Below, piece by piece: positions 16,241 to 24,428 of a stretch of 64,000 bases of DNA; the stretch's first letter is position 1, and each line of letters begins with the position of its first letter. Origin of the DNA: a virus; IMG/VR virus record IMGVR_UViG_3300028800_000062, positions 1-64,000 of that record; one strand, 5' to 3'. Under the pieces are notes generated by a model, which was not told the DNA's origin, did no database searches, and worked only from the letters and a program-made list of their open reading frames with translations. Made by a program: the position numbers and the translations under genes.

Positions 16241-17281
16241 ATGACCGCATTCCAAGATAGCATTTCAGATCTCAACATTCCTGTATTTTCTGCATTCCAA
16301 AACAATCAGAACTATTACGTCAGCCCGAGATTGAAGCATCTGCTGGTGGACGACTTCGATAACGGATTCACTCTGACACCACACGTACATCCGGACGACC
16401 AAGAGTGTCTGGACAACGCACGCCTGGAAACGCTGTTGACAGGCAAGGATTCCCGCATCGATCACCGCTTCCGCGTAGCCGGCGGCGGCTATCACCGGAT
16501 GGTGGGCTGGCACAATGCCTATACCGACCCATGCGGGGATATTACCGGGGTTCAAATGTCCTTCGTAGACGTCGGGACGGTACCGGAGAACTCCATTAGA
16601 ATCAATCGTCCTCAGCACCATAAGAATGCCGTACCGAGGCTCGCCTTTGACCTTGAGCGGGTCCTGGTCAACACCGTCCAGTCCGTGCTCGACTGCGCCG
16701 CCGAAGAGGGTATCCCTGGATACGGAGACATCATGAGTTGGGAGGAATTCCACGGCCCCATTCCCTGCATGTGCGACCGATGTAGCTACTATCTGAACAA
16801 CGGACCCACCATAACCGACGACCACGACCGCAATCTGTTCCGCGCGCTCCGGCGCCGGCCGGACGTCTATCTGAATGCGCAGCCTTTTCCCGATATCGAT
16901 TTTGAGTCCCTGAACGCAGGCGCCAACGAAGACCAATATCTGCTGTATTTTCTAGGCAGTTGGCACCAGCGGCGATGCGGGGCCATGTCCCACGACTGGC
17001 TAAAGGCCCATGGGATTACCGACCATCAAGGAATCCTTCCGGATTTCTGCCAGGAAGATAAAGTCATGTTTCTGCGCGCCGCTAACATCGACTTCTTCCT
17101 CACCTCCCATCCTGAACTGGTGCTGCAGACGCGCGCCGCCGGCATCAAGTCTTTTCTTATCGACCGTCCCTGGAATCGTAAATTATATAATCCCTTCAGA
17201 GTCCACAGTATTGACGAGTTTTTGATGCAGGCCGGCTACGTTTCTTCTACCCCCGAGCCCTGCGCTGCCATTACTTTCTAG
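16241..17281 (+). CDS. PAS domain fused to a degenerate HAD 5'(3')-deoxyribonucleotidase-like domain
   Basis: VHPDD...HRFR..GG.Y......D..G.ITG....VDV (PAS_3-like); AFDLERVLVNT and FLIDRPWNR (NT5C/HAD-like). Confidence 0.65.
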   Translation: MTAFQDSISDLNIPVFSAFQNNQNYYVSPRLKHLLVDDFDNGFTLTPHVHPDDQECLDNARLETLLTGKDSRIDHRFRVAGGGYHRMVGWHNAYTDPCGDITGVQMSFVDVGTVPENSIRINRPQHHKNAVPRLAFDLERVLVNTVQSVLDCAAEEGIPGYGDIMSWEEFHGPIPCMCDRCSYYLNNGPTITDDHDRNLFRALRRRPDVYLNAQPFPDIDFESLNAGANEDQYLLYFLGSWHQRRCGAMSHDWLKAHGITDHQGILPDFCQEDKVMFLRAANIDFFLTSHPELVLQTRAAGIKSFLIDRPWNRKLYNPFRVHSIDEFLMQAGYVSSTPEPCAAITF

Positions 17282-17289
17282 CCTCCCCG

Positions 17290-17301
17290 CTATACTAACA
17301 A
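17290..17301 (+). promoter_or_regulatory. Late-promoter-like motif CTATACTAACAA
   Basis: Copy 1 of 5, intergenic. Confidence 0.75.
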
Positions 17302-17308
17302 GGGGCAG

Positions 17309-18085
17309 ATGCCTGAATCTGCCCCGGATTTCACACCCTCCCTTTTCCACGGGGTCAAGATCACGCCCGGGGGCGGCCTGGTGGCCGACAAAGAGATCCT
17401 TAAGTTTGAGGCGGATCTCGACGAAGATTCCCAGATTCTTTCCCAGCTTCTCCCCCTCCCCACCATCCAGCTGACCGAAGAGCAAGCGCTCGAGGTGAAC
17501 CGCGACCAGGCGGCCACCCTGCTGCTGGACTCCGCGGCTAAAGCCCCCATGCGCTGCTCCGCCGGCTGTTATTTCATACCGCAGTGCCCGCTGGCCCAGA
17601 TCAAGAAACATCCGATCGGTAAGGCCTGCCCTCGTGAATCGCAATATGTCGTCGAGAGATTTATCGCCTGGATGCGGGAGTTTGGCCGCACCCAGAGCAC
17701 ACTTTTAGAAAGCGAACGTGTAGCCATCAGCCAATTGGTAGGACTACAGGTCGAGTTGCTGCGGATCCGCGCCATCCTGGCGCAACCCGAGCATTCGAAC
17801 CTGCAGCAACGGTCCGTGCGGGATGTCAACGCACAGGACGGGACACCCATTGCGTGGGAAGACCAGATTCACATTGCCGCTCAGCGCGAAGACCTGATCA
17901 TCGTGCAGATGCGCATGATCATGCAGAGTTTCGAGTTGACGCCGGAGATGAAGACCCGGCGCAAGAAGGCTCTGCAGATCCGCAATGACCAGGACCTGGC
18001 CACGCATCAATCCAGCATCTACGACAAGCTGCGGTGGAACAAGAAATCCGCGCTGCCTGTCATCGATGTCGACCCCCAGCAGTAA
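17309..18085 (+). CDS. Hypothetical protein with Cys cluster (possible terminase small subunit)
   Basis: C-x3-C-x5-C...C; helical C-terminal half with LTPEMKTR; function inferred only. Confidence 0.5.
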   Translation: MPESAPDFTPSLFHGVKITPGGGLVADKEILKFEADLDEDSQILSQLLPLPTIQLTEEQALEVNRDQAATLLLDSAAKAPMRCSAGCYFIPQCPLAQIKKHPIGKACPRESQYVVERFIAWMREFGRTQSTLLESERVAISQLVGLQVELLRIRAILAQPEHSNLQQRSVRDVNAQDGTPIAWEDQIHIAAQREDLIIVQMRMIMQSFELTPEMKTRRKKALQIRNDQDLATHQSSIYDKLRWNKKSALPVIDVDPQQ

Positions 18086-18128
18086 AGAACTCGGAGGCTC
18101 AATTTGAACCCGATTACCGCTTATCATC

Positions 18129-18146
18129 AGAACACACTGTTAGTTA
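18129..18146. promoter_or_regulatory. Operator-like site AGAACA-CAC-TGTTAGTTA
   Basis: Matches the palindromes at 15601 and 54475; ends 8 nt before ATG 18155. Confidence 0.5.
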
Positions 18147-18154
18147 GTTCCCAA

Positions 18155-19723
18155 ATGCTGGAGTCCCTGGTTGACAGGTGGAAATCCATCGGAATCCTCG
18201 AGCGCGGCCGGATTATTGGCCTGCTGATGAACGATGAAAACCAGCTGAGCTCCGAAATGATTGCGGACGCAGTCGAGATCACCCCGCAAACGGTGCGCAA
18301 CTACCGGCGCGCCAATCTCCTGCCGGCCGACATCAAGTCCTTGATCGACCTGGGAACCATTGGCCTGGTGGAAGGCCTGCGCATGGGCCGCGAGCGGGCG
18401 CAAAGTACGACATCCAAGGATACCCCGCAAACTGCGGGAGCCCTGAATGATCTGCAGGACGGCCCTTATGTGCATAGCGCAAATCCTGCGGAACCTGAGC
18501 CGGAACCGGAACCGGTCTTTGAGGCGCCACCGGAAAAGGCGCAGGAACGCAAGGATGAGGTATTCGAGAAGGACACCTGGTCGATCAACCTGCAATCGTC
18601 CAGGGTAAGGACCTACGAACAGCTGGTGGCAGCCTGTAACGTGGACCTGGAGCTCTGGGAGTGCTTGCGCTTCGAGCCCAGCAGCTACGAAGTCACCTAC
18701 GTGCCGCGCGCTACCCGCGATTCCGGCAAGAAGAAGTGGATCCGGCCAGACGCCAAGGCCATTACCGTACCGATGTTTACCTGCAAGGCCAAGTTTGTGC
18801 GCAGGCAGGATGTGGCACTCAACCGGGCGGTAATTGACCACTTCAAGGCTGAGTTCGAAGAGTTGCTGGACCGGATCAAAGTCAAGCGGGTCACCAAACA
18901 CAACTTGCAAGGGCAGGAAACCGGCTACGTGCTGGAGATCAACATCGCCGATCAGCATTTCGGCAAGTTGGGTTGGTCAAAAGAAACGCTGGAGCCTGAC
19001 AGCGACCTGGAAACCACTTCAAAGCAGTGGCGCAAAGCCGTCGAATATATCCTGGCGGATACGTCCCACAAGCGCTTCGACGAAATCATCTTCGTAGTAG
19101 GCAACGACATTTCCCAGGTCGATAATCACAGGCGCGAGACCACCCATGGCACCGCGGTAGATAGCGACAGCCGCTATGCCAAGATCTATACGCGCGTGTT
19201 CGCGGAAGTGTTGTGGGCCATCCGGCTGTGCCAGCAGTACTGCCCTAAGGTGCACGTCGTGATCGTGCCCGGCAACCACGATATGAACACCTGCTTTACC
19301 TTAGGCTTCGCTCTCCATCTGGTTTTTGAGAATGATCCCAATGTCACCGTGGATAGCGACCCCTGCCCTAAGAAAGTCTACAAGTTCGGCAAATGCCTGG
19401 TGGGCTGGGAGCACGGGCACGAAAGAGCTCGCCGCCGGGAGATCGCATTGAATCTAGCCGTGGACTTCCCCAACCTGTGGGGTCAGACAGAGTTCCGTGA
19501 GATCCACACCGGGCACGAGCATCACCTGGAAGTTGAGGATGTGCAGAGTGTGATCGTGCGCCGCGTGTCGTCGCTGACCAGCAACGATTACTGGCATCAC
19601 ACCAGCGGCTACATCGCACAGCGCGCTACTGAGGCTTTTCTCTACCACAAGGACCGCGGCCTAGTGAGCACCCACCTGTACGTGGAATCCAGACATCGGC
19701 CCCTACTGCAAGATGCAGCCTGA
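18155..19723 (+). CDS. HTH domain plus calcineurin-like metallophosphoesterase
   Basis: IADAVEITPQTVRNY (HTH); DQH, GND....D, GNHD, EHGH, GHEH; start 18155 or 18104. Confidence 0.85.
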   Translation: MLESLVDRWKSIGILERGRIIGLLMNDENQLSSEMIADAVEITPQTVRNYRRANLLPADIKSLIDLGTIGLVEGLRMGRERAQSTTSKDTPQTAGALNDLQDGPYVHSANPAEPEPEPEPVFEAPPEKAQERKDEVFEKDTWSINLQSSRVRTYEQLVAACNVDLELWECLRFEPSSYEVTYVPRATRDSGKKKWIRPDAKAITVPMFTCKAKFVRRQDVALNRAVIDHFKAEFEELLDRIKVKRVTKHNLQGQETGYVLEINIADQHFGKLGWSKETLEPDSDLETTSKQWRKAVEYILADTSHKRFDEIIFVVGNDISQVDNHRRETTHGTAVDSDSRYAKIYTRVFAEVLWAIRLCQQYCPKVHVVIVPGNHDMNTCFTLGFALHLVFENDPNVTVDSDPCPKKVYKFGKCLVGWEHGHERARRREIALNLAVDFPNLWGQTEFREIHTGHEHHLEVEDVQSVIVRRVSSLTSNDYWHHTSGYIAQRATEAFLYHKDRGLVSTHLYVESRHRPLLQDAA

Positions 19724-19742
19724 CGAAGAAAGGACAACAACT

Positions 19743-20201
19743 ATGGACCGCTACAAGAATCTCGAAGAAGCTCTCATCCTGATCGGCGACGCACGCGATT
19801 ACCAGATGAAGAACTGGCCCAGCGTGGTCATTAACGGCGGAGGCCGGACGCTGGAAGAGTGGATCATCCTGATGGACGTTTATTTGACCAAGCTCAAGGA
19901 GATCTACGCAAAGACGCCGGCCTTTATTGGCGACGGCGACGTTCCCAATGAAGATGGGCTGAACCGGATTGAGAAATACGCCGCGATCCTGGCCAATCTG
20001 GCGATCTGGGCGGTGCAGTCGGCCAAGGCGGTGGAATGCAAGACTCCGGTCGAGCTCGCCGCGGAAGATCTGCTCAATTTCGTGATCGCCAAGTACAACA
20101 TCAATTCCCTGGATGAGTTTACCTGTCCGATGCATCGCCAGTTGGCGGAAGCGCTGGGGAGATTCCAGAACCAGGAACCGGAGAAGGAGCCAAGTGTCTA
20201 A
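19743..20201 (+). CDS. All-alpha protein, possibly MazG/NTP-pyrophosphatase-like
   Basis: RDYQMKNW...EEWIILM...KYAAILANLAIWAV pattern; weak. Confidence 0.4.
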   Translation: MDRYKNLEEALILIGDARDYQMKNWPSVVINGGGRTLEEWIILMDVYLTKLKEIYAKTPAFIGDGDVPNEDGLNRIEKYAAILANLAIWAVQSAKAVECKTPVELAAEDLLNFVIAKYNINSLDEFTCPMHRQLAEALGRFQNQEPEKEPSV

Positions 20202-20490
20202 TTATGTGGAACTTGACGACGCCAGGTTACAGGCATCGTCTGGCCATCTGGACGATATCGATGTCCTGGGCCTGTTGGAGTTTGCGGATCTCTGCGCTTT
20301 CGATCCGGAAGCGCGTGCGGAAGCCATCGCCCTTGCCGATTTAGCCATAAAGGACTCTGTGCCGGCTACGCCCGCCGAACCTAAAGGAATCCTGTTCGGT
20401 GCGCCGCCGATTGTCGACGGCTCGAATAACCCGTCCTTATTTGGCAGTTATCTGGATTCCGACGACCGGTTATTCGGAGAAAGCGATTAA
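20194..20490 (+). CDS. Acidic hypothetical protein
   Basis: GTG after AAGGAG. Confidence 0.6.
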   Translation: MSNYVELDDARLQASSGHLDDIDVLGLLEFADLCAFDPEARAEAIALADLAIKDSVPATPAEPKGILFGAPPIVDGSNNPSLFGSYLDSDDRLFGESD

Positions 20491-20492
20491 GA

Positions 20493-20894
20493 ATGAACAG
20501 CATTTGGATCATCTGGGCCGTCAACCTCCTTTTTCAGAACTTCGCCTTCACCTTTGTGAGCCGGGCGCGTTCCTCCGGTTCCCTGAGGCGCCACGTTGTG
20601 GCGGCAGTGATGTCCAACTTTGCTTACATCTTTCAGCTTTCTATCATGCTGGGTCCGATGATGGCCTACATGACAGGCAAGCACGGCGTGCTTGCTCAAG
20701 TGGGAGTGGGTCTTTACTACACGGCATTTACCGTGACCGGATCCGTCGTGGCACATTCCTGGGCCCTGAAGACTGAGAAGGGCAAAGGTGCAGTAGGCGC
20801 CAATGACAAGTACGTGCAGATCTCCAGGGAAGAGTGGGCCGAACTCCAACAATCGATTAGTGAATTACGCCTGCGCGCAACCCGCGCAGCCTGA
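20493..20894 (+). CDS. Three-helix membrane protein
   Basis: Three hydrophobic segments and a C-terminal coiled coil. Confidence 0.75.
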   Translation: MNSIWIIWAVNLLFQNFAFTFVSRARSSGSLRRHVVAAVMSNFAYIFQLSIMLGPMMAYMTGKHGVLAQVGVGLYYTAFTVTGSVVAHSWALKTEKGKGAVGANDKYVQISREEWAELQQSISELRLRATRAA

Positions 20895-20934
20895 CATCCA
20901 TTTACAGGCCTCCGAGCCAAGGAGGACAAGCAAC

Positions 20935-21081
20935 ATGCAGACCAGACACGTAGGTGTTTTCGATGAATCGAGCGATGATGATTGCCCTGTTTACGACTTG
21001 CTGTCCTGGGACTTGCCCGGACACAGCAGCCAGCGTACACCTATCCGGAAGAAAACCACATGTCCAAAACATCCTCGTTAG
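20935..21081 (+). CDS. Small hypothetical protein
   Basis: AAGGAGG RBS before ATG 20935. Confidence 0.5.
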   Translation: MQTRHVGVFDESSDDDCPVYDLLSWDLPGHSSQRTPIRKKTTCPKHPR

Positions 21082-21299
21082 GCCACTCTCGCAACTTCAA
21101 CAACCCGCCTAAGCTTCAGAACCAGAGCATGCAGAAGATCGGCGGCCTGCCGGTGATTCCCAACCTTACCAAGCCGGTGTTGCACCAGTTCACTCCCAAG
21201 CCGGCCATGAAGAACATGCCCTTGTTGCGGCCGGCCAAGACCGGGGTGAACGGCCGCCCGGCTAAATCCAGACTGGCGATTCCGCCGGGGAGGCCCTGA
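21060..21299 (+). CDS. Small basic Pro-rich protein
   Basis: MSKTSSLGHSRN...; no acidic residues. Confidence 0.6.
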   Translation: MSKTSSLGHSRNFNNPPKLQNQSMQKIGGLPVIPNLTKPVLHQFTPKPAMKNMPLLRPAKTGVNGRPAKSRLAIPPGRP

Positions 21300-21493
21300 T
21301 GGCCCGCGGCAATCCGGTAGGTCCCATCTTCGGCATGAACAACCAGAGCTTGTACGCGGTGCCGATCAGCCTCGCTAACCAGAAGGCCATGCACAAGCGG
21401 GGAGTCATAGCCTCCCACAACGGATTCAAAGCCGGCCAGGCGCCCGTTATCCGTAATACTTCCCTGCCCAGGATGCCGAGGAAACTGAAATGA
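21299..21493 (+). CDS. Small basic protein
   Basis: GGAGG RBS, TGATG coupling; no acidic residues. Confidence 0.65.
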   Translation: MARGNPVGPIFGMNNQSLYAVPISLANQKAMHKRGVIASHNGFKAGQAPVIRNTSLPRMPRKLK

Positions 21494-21657
21494 GTACTTT
21501 CTTCTCTGTGCCGCCGGCGCGCCAGTCGATCGGCGCCGGCAACGGCCTCAAAACCACCCGCAAGCCCATCCGGAAGGGCAACCTCTACCACCGCGGAGTG
21601 CCGCTGCCTCCGCCGGAGCGCCAGCCCGGCTTCAATCCGCGGCAGCGCAAACCATGA
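21490..21657 (+). CDS. Small basic Pro-rich protein (55 aa, not in ORF track)
   Basis: MSTFFSVPPARQSIGAGNGLKTTRKPIRK...; ATGA-coupled at both ends. Confidence 0.65.
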   Translation: MSTFFSVPPARQSIGAGNGLKTTRKPIRKGNLYHRGVPLPPPERQPGFNPRQRKP

Positions 21658-21815
21658 CACGTCTGCTCGATCATATCTTTCCTCGGAAGGCCCCAATACC
21701 CCGGCCGGCGGTGACCGTGCGCCGCCTGTTTAAAGCATCTGAGGGGAAAGGCACGGCAGGTATGCGCCAGACGATACACGTACGGGATTCCCGGCGGAGC
21801 AGCCGGGCCATTTAA
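21654..21815 (+). CDS. Small Arg-rich protein (53 aa, not in ORF track)
   Basis: MTRLLDHIFPRKAPIPRPAVTVRR...; ATGA-coupled. Confidence 0.55.
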   Translation: MTRLLDHIFPRKAPIPRPAVTVRRLFKASEGKGTAGMRQTIHVRDSRRSSRAI

Positions 21816-21825
21816 GGCTCTGCGT

Positions 21826-21837
21826 CTATACTAGCAA
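21826..21837 (+). promoter_or_regulatory. Late-promoter-like motif CTATACTAGCAA
   Basis: Copy 2 of 5, followed by CCAGT. Confidence 0.75.
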
Positions 21838-21886
21838 CCAGTAGTGACGGACTCCGCATCGCGCGAAGCCTGGCACAAGGTGTGAA

Positions 21887-22180
21887 ATGAGTCTATTCAG
21901 CAATGAACCATTCAACAAGATTCTAGGTATGGCTAAGAACTCCGCAGGCCCGGGCGGGTGGTTGGGAAAGTCTATGTCGACACTAGGTGGCCCAAGGCGG
22001 ACCGCCCTAATCGCCGCAGGCGGAGCCGCGGCCGGCGCCGTGGCTGGCGGGACTTTAGACGGAGATCATCGTACCCAGGGGGCTGTTGCTGGAGGAATAT
22101 TGGGCGCCGGAACCACAGTTGGTGGAGGTTTGTTGGGAAAGAAGGCCCTAAGTCTCCTCGCAGGCAGGGTGGGGATGTAA
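21887..22180 (+). CDS. Glycine-zipper protein
   Basis: GGAAAGAVAGG / GAVAGGILGAG. Confidence 0.7.
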   Translation: MSLFSNEPFNKILGMAKNSAGPGGWLGKSMSTLGGPRRTALIAAGGAAAGAVAGGTLDGDHRTQGAVAGGILGAGTTVGGGLLGKKALSLLAGRVGM

Positions 22181-22183
22181 ATC

Positions 22184-22882
22184 ATGGCTACTCTTAGCGC
22201 CAACAACTTGGGAAACATCTTCAAGGGCATCAAACGCGGTATCTCGAGCGGCGTTGGCAAAGATCTACGCACCTTGAACGGTGTCAAAGCTCTGGCCTCG
22301 AAGTCCATGCTATACGGAGCTGGAGGCGCGGTGCTGGGGGCTGGTACGGGTTATGCCACCTCCGATAGCGATAGTAAGGTGTCCGGCGCGATTACCGGCG
22401 GGATCCTCGGCGGTATTGTGGGCATGGGCGGAAAGATGGGCTGGGAAGCCCGGGGCAACCTGACTTCCGCCGCGCGCCGCGGCTACGCAGGTGGGATGTC
22501 GGGTTTTCGGGGTGACATGAGTGCTGCGCGCAACATGCGTAGACAAGCAGTCAGTGGCATTCGTGGAGCTGGTGATATACCAATGGGCCCGCGGGCCTCC
22601 GCCGGCGAACGCATGGAAGAGGGCATTTCTTTCGGCGAAAGCCGTCCTGTCCGGGTCAATCCAGAGTATCCCAATATGCGTGCCTCACGCTCAGGTGCAT
22701 CCTGGGCCACCGCAGAACAGGGTGACATGGCCGACGCGGCGATTCATCAGGCATCTATGTTCCCGCAGTTCCACAACAGTGTCCCATCGGCAGTTCCACA
22801 GGTTGCTATGGGCGGGAGTCCTTATAACAGAATGCAACGAAGTATTTCTAACCGCTCCATGTTCCCCAATCTGAAGTTCTGA
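22184..22882 (+). CDS. Glycine-zipper protein with disordered tail
   Basis: GAGGAVLGAGTG / GAITGGILGGIVG. Confidence 0.7.
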   Translation: MATLSANNLGNIFKGIKRGISSGVGKDLRTLNGVKALASKSMLYGAGGAVLGAGTGYATSDSDSKVSGAITGGILGGIVGMGGKMGWEARGNLTSAARRGYAGGMSGFRGDMSAARNMRRQAVSGIRGAGDIPMGPRASAGERMEEGISFGESRPVRVNPEYPNMRASRSGASWATAEQGDMADAAIHQASMFPQFHNSVPSAVPQVAMGGSPYNRMQRSISNRSMFPNLKF

Positions 22883-22921
22883 CGAACACCTCGGTAACCC
22901 GCCCTGTTTAGTACCCCATAC

Positions 22922-22933
22922 CTATACTAACAA
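22922..22933 (+). promoter_or_regulatory. Late-promoter-like motif CTATACTAACAA
   Basis: Copy 3 of 5, followed by CCAGT and GTG start. Confidence 0.75.
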
Positions 22934-22938
22934 CCAGT

Positions 22939-23514
22939 GTGATCACTGACGAACACGACCCCAGTAGAATTACCGGGACAGCTGCCACCGCGGTAGCCCT
23001 GGGTTCGCTCGCCGTGACTTATCCCCTGTGGCAGCCGGTTGCCATGTCGATCGGCCGCCAGGCCGGTAGAAGTGTAGCGCAGTGGCCTTCGCAGATCTCC
23101 CAGATGTGGGAAAAGGGGTTGGATAAGACTCCCATACTCCCATTCACCGCAGCGGGTACCATGCTGGGCCTGGCCTTTTCCAGGCCGGAACACCGTACGC
23201 ACGACATGGCGGTTGGGGCAGTAGCTGGGACCGTGGCTGGCGTGGCCTTAAAGGGCGCAGGCATGTACCAGCATCACTGGGGTAAAGCCAAACTGCCTTT
23301 CTATGCAGCTTTGTACACCGGCGCTGTGATCGCCGGCGCGCACTTCAACCAGGATGCCCAGGAACAGGCCGGAGTCCGCAATTCGAATACCGGCGAGGTC
23401 GAGCATATCAGTCCGGAAGAGTCTGCGCAGATGAACCGCCGCATGAATAGTGGAATGCATGACCGGATGCGCAATATCAATGCCTCGGGCGACATGCTCT
23501 TCGGAATGAGATAA
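22939..23514 (+). CDS. Hydrophobic glycine-zipper protein
   Basis: GAVAGTVAG; several hydrophobic helices. Confidence 0.7.
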   Translation: MITDEHDPSRITGTAATAVALGSLAVTYPLWQPVAMSIGRQAGRSVAQWPSQISQMWEKGLDKTPILPFTAAGTMLGLAFSRPEHRTHDMAVGAVAGTVAGVALKGAGMYQHHWGKAKLPFYAALYTGAVIAGAHFNQDAQEQAGVRNSNTGEVEHISPEESAQMNRRMNSGMHDRMRNINASGDMLFGMR

Positions 23515-23516
23515 CC

Positions 23517-24011
23517 ATGGACTGGAGTTGGATTCGAGATCTGCCACGCAATGCCTCCCCGGGCCGCGTCTTGCAGTACGGATCCGCCGGCGTGGGGTTG
23601 GTGGCCATGCCTGCGATGCTGTACTCGGCAGCGCGGGCTCCGCGCGGCGAGAAGGTCGGAACATTCGCCGCCGTGGGATCCAGCCTGGCGGTCTGTCCGG
23701 GCGCCGCGGGCGCCGCGGCATTGACAGCCGCATTCCTTCCTGGAATCGGTCCGGTAGCCGCAATGGCGATGCCGTTTGTGGCCGCCGCGCTGGCGTATAC
23801 TCCCGCATCCAGACTAGAACAGATCCTGCGCCAGGGTGTACGCACCTTCAACCAGTGGGAAAAGTCCACCCGCCGGTTGGAGTGCGGCGGAGATTACCGG
23901 GATACGGAACTGGCCTCCAATCAAAGGCGGGCCGCTATCTCGGAGATGAATTCCGCCCTGGTTCCGGCGCGCAGAGTATTGGGGCAAGAAGCGTTGCTGA
24001 TGCACCGCTAA
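23517..24011 (+). CDS. Hydrophobic Ala/Gly-rich phage protein
   Basis: Hydrophobic N-terminal half; C-terminal ARRVLGQEALLMH. Confidence 0.7.
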   Translation: MDWSWIRDLPRNASPGRVLQYGSAGVGLVAMPAMLYSAARAPRGEKVGTFAAVGSSLAVCPGAAGAAALTAAFLPGIGPVAAMAMPFVAAALAYTPASRLEQILRQGVRTFNQWEKSTRRLECGGDYRDTELASNQRRAAISEMNSALVPARRVLGQEALLMHR

Positions 24012-24023
24012 GGAGAAACTGGG

Positions 24024-24419
24024 ATGGCTCTGAATAAGTTTCCGACCGCTCATTGCATCTGGGGTTGGTCTCCCAACATGACCATGGCGGATTTCCCGTC
24101 GACCGAAAGCACACCTGTGGTCTTGATCAGCCAGGCGGTTGCCGATGGCTACGGTCAGTATGTTGCCATGAACGCCCGTTCGGTGCAACTCGAAGTGGCA
24201 TTTCAGAACGGCAATGGCACCTGCGGCCTGGAGTTGTGGGCACAGATCAACGGGGTGGACACCAAGGTCTGGTCCGTCGCCAATCTGACGCCGACCACCG
24301 TGGACGCTCTCTTTGTAGGTAACGTCGAGCGCGTGGACCTCGCCTGCAACCTACTCAAGATCCATGTGGTTAACCCGCAGAACGGCTGGGTAACGGTTAG
24401 CGCCCGGCGTAACTCGTAA
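24024..24419 (+). CDS. Beta-rich hypothetical (possibly virion) protein
   Basis: AAGGAG RBS. Confidence 0.7.
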   Translation: MALNKFPTAHCIWGWSPNMTMADFPSTESTPVVLISQAVADGYGQYVAMNARSVQLEVAFQNGNGTCGLELWAQINGVDTKVWSVANLTPTTVDALFVGNVERVDLACNLLKIHVVNPQNGWVTVSARRNS

Positions 24420-24428
24420 AGCGTCTCG

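Noticed and set aside
21871-21886. Sigma54 promoter (TGGCAC), also at 51339
   Set aside because: No TTGC at the required -12 spacing
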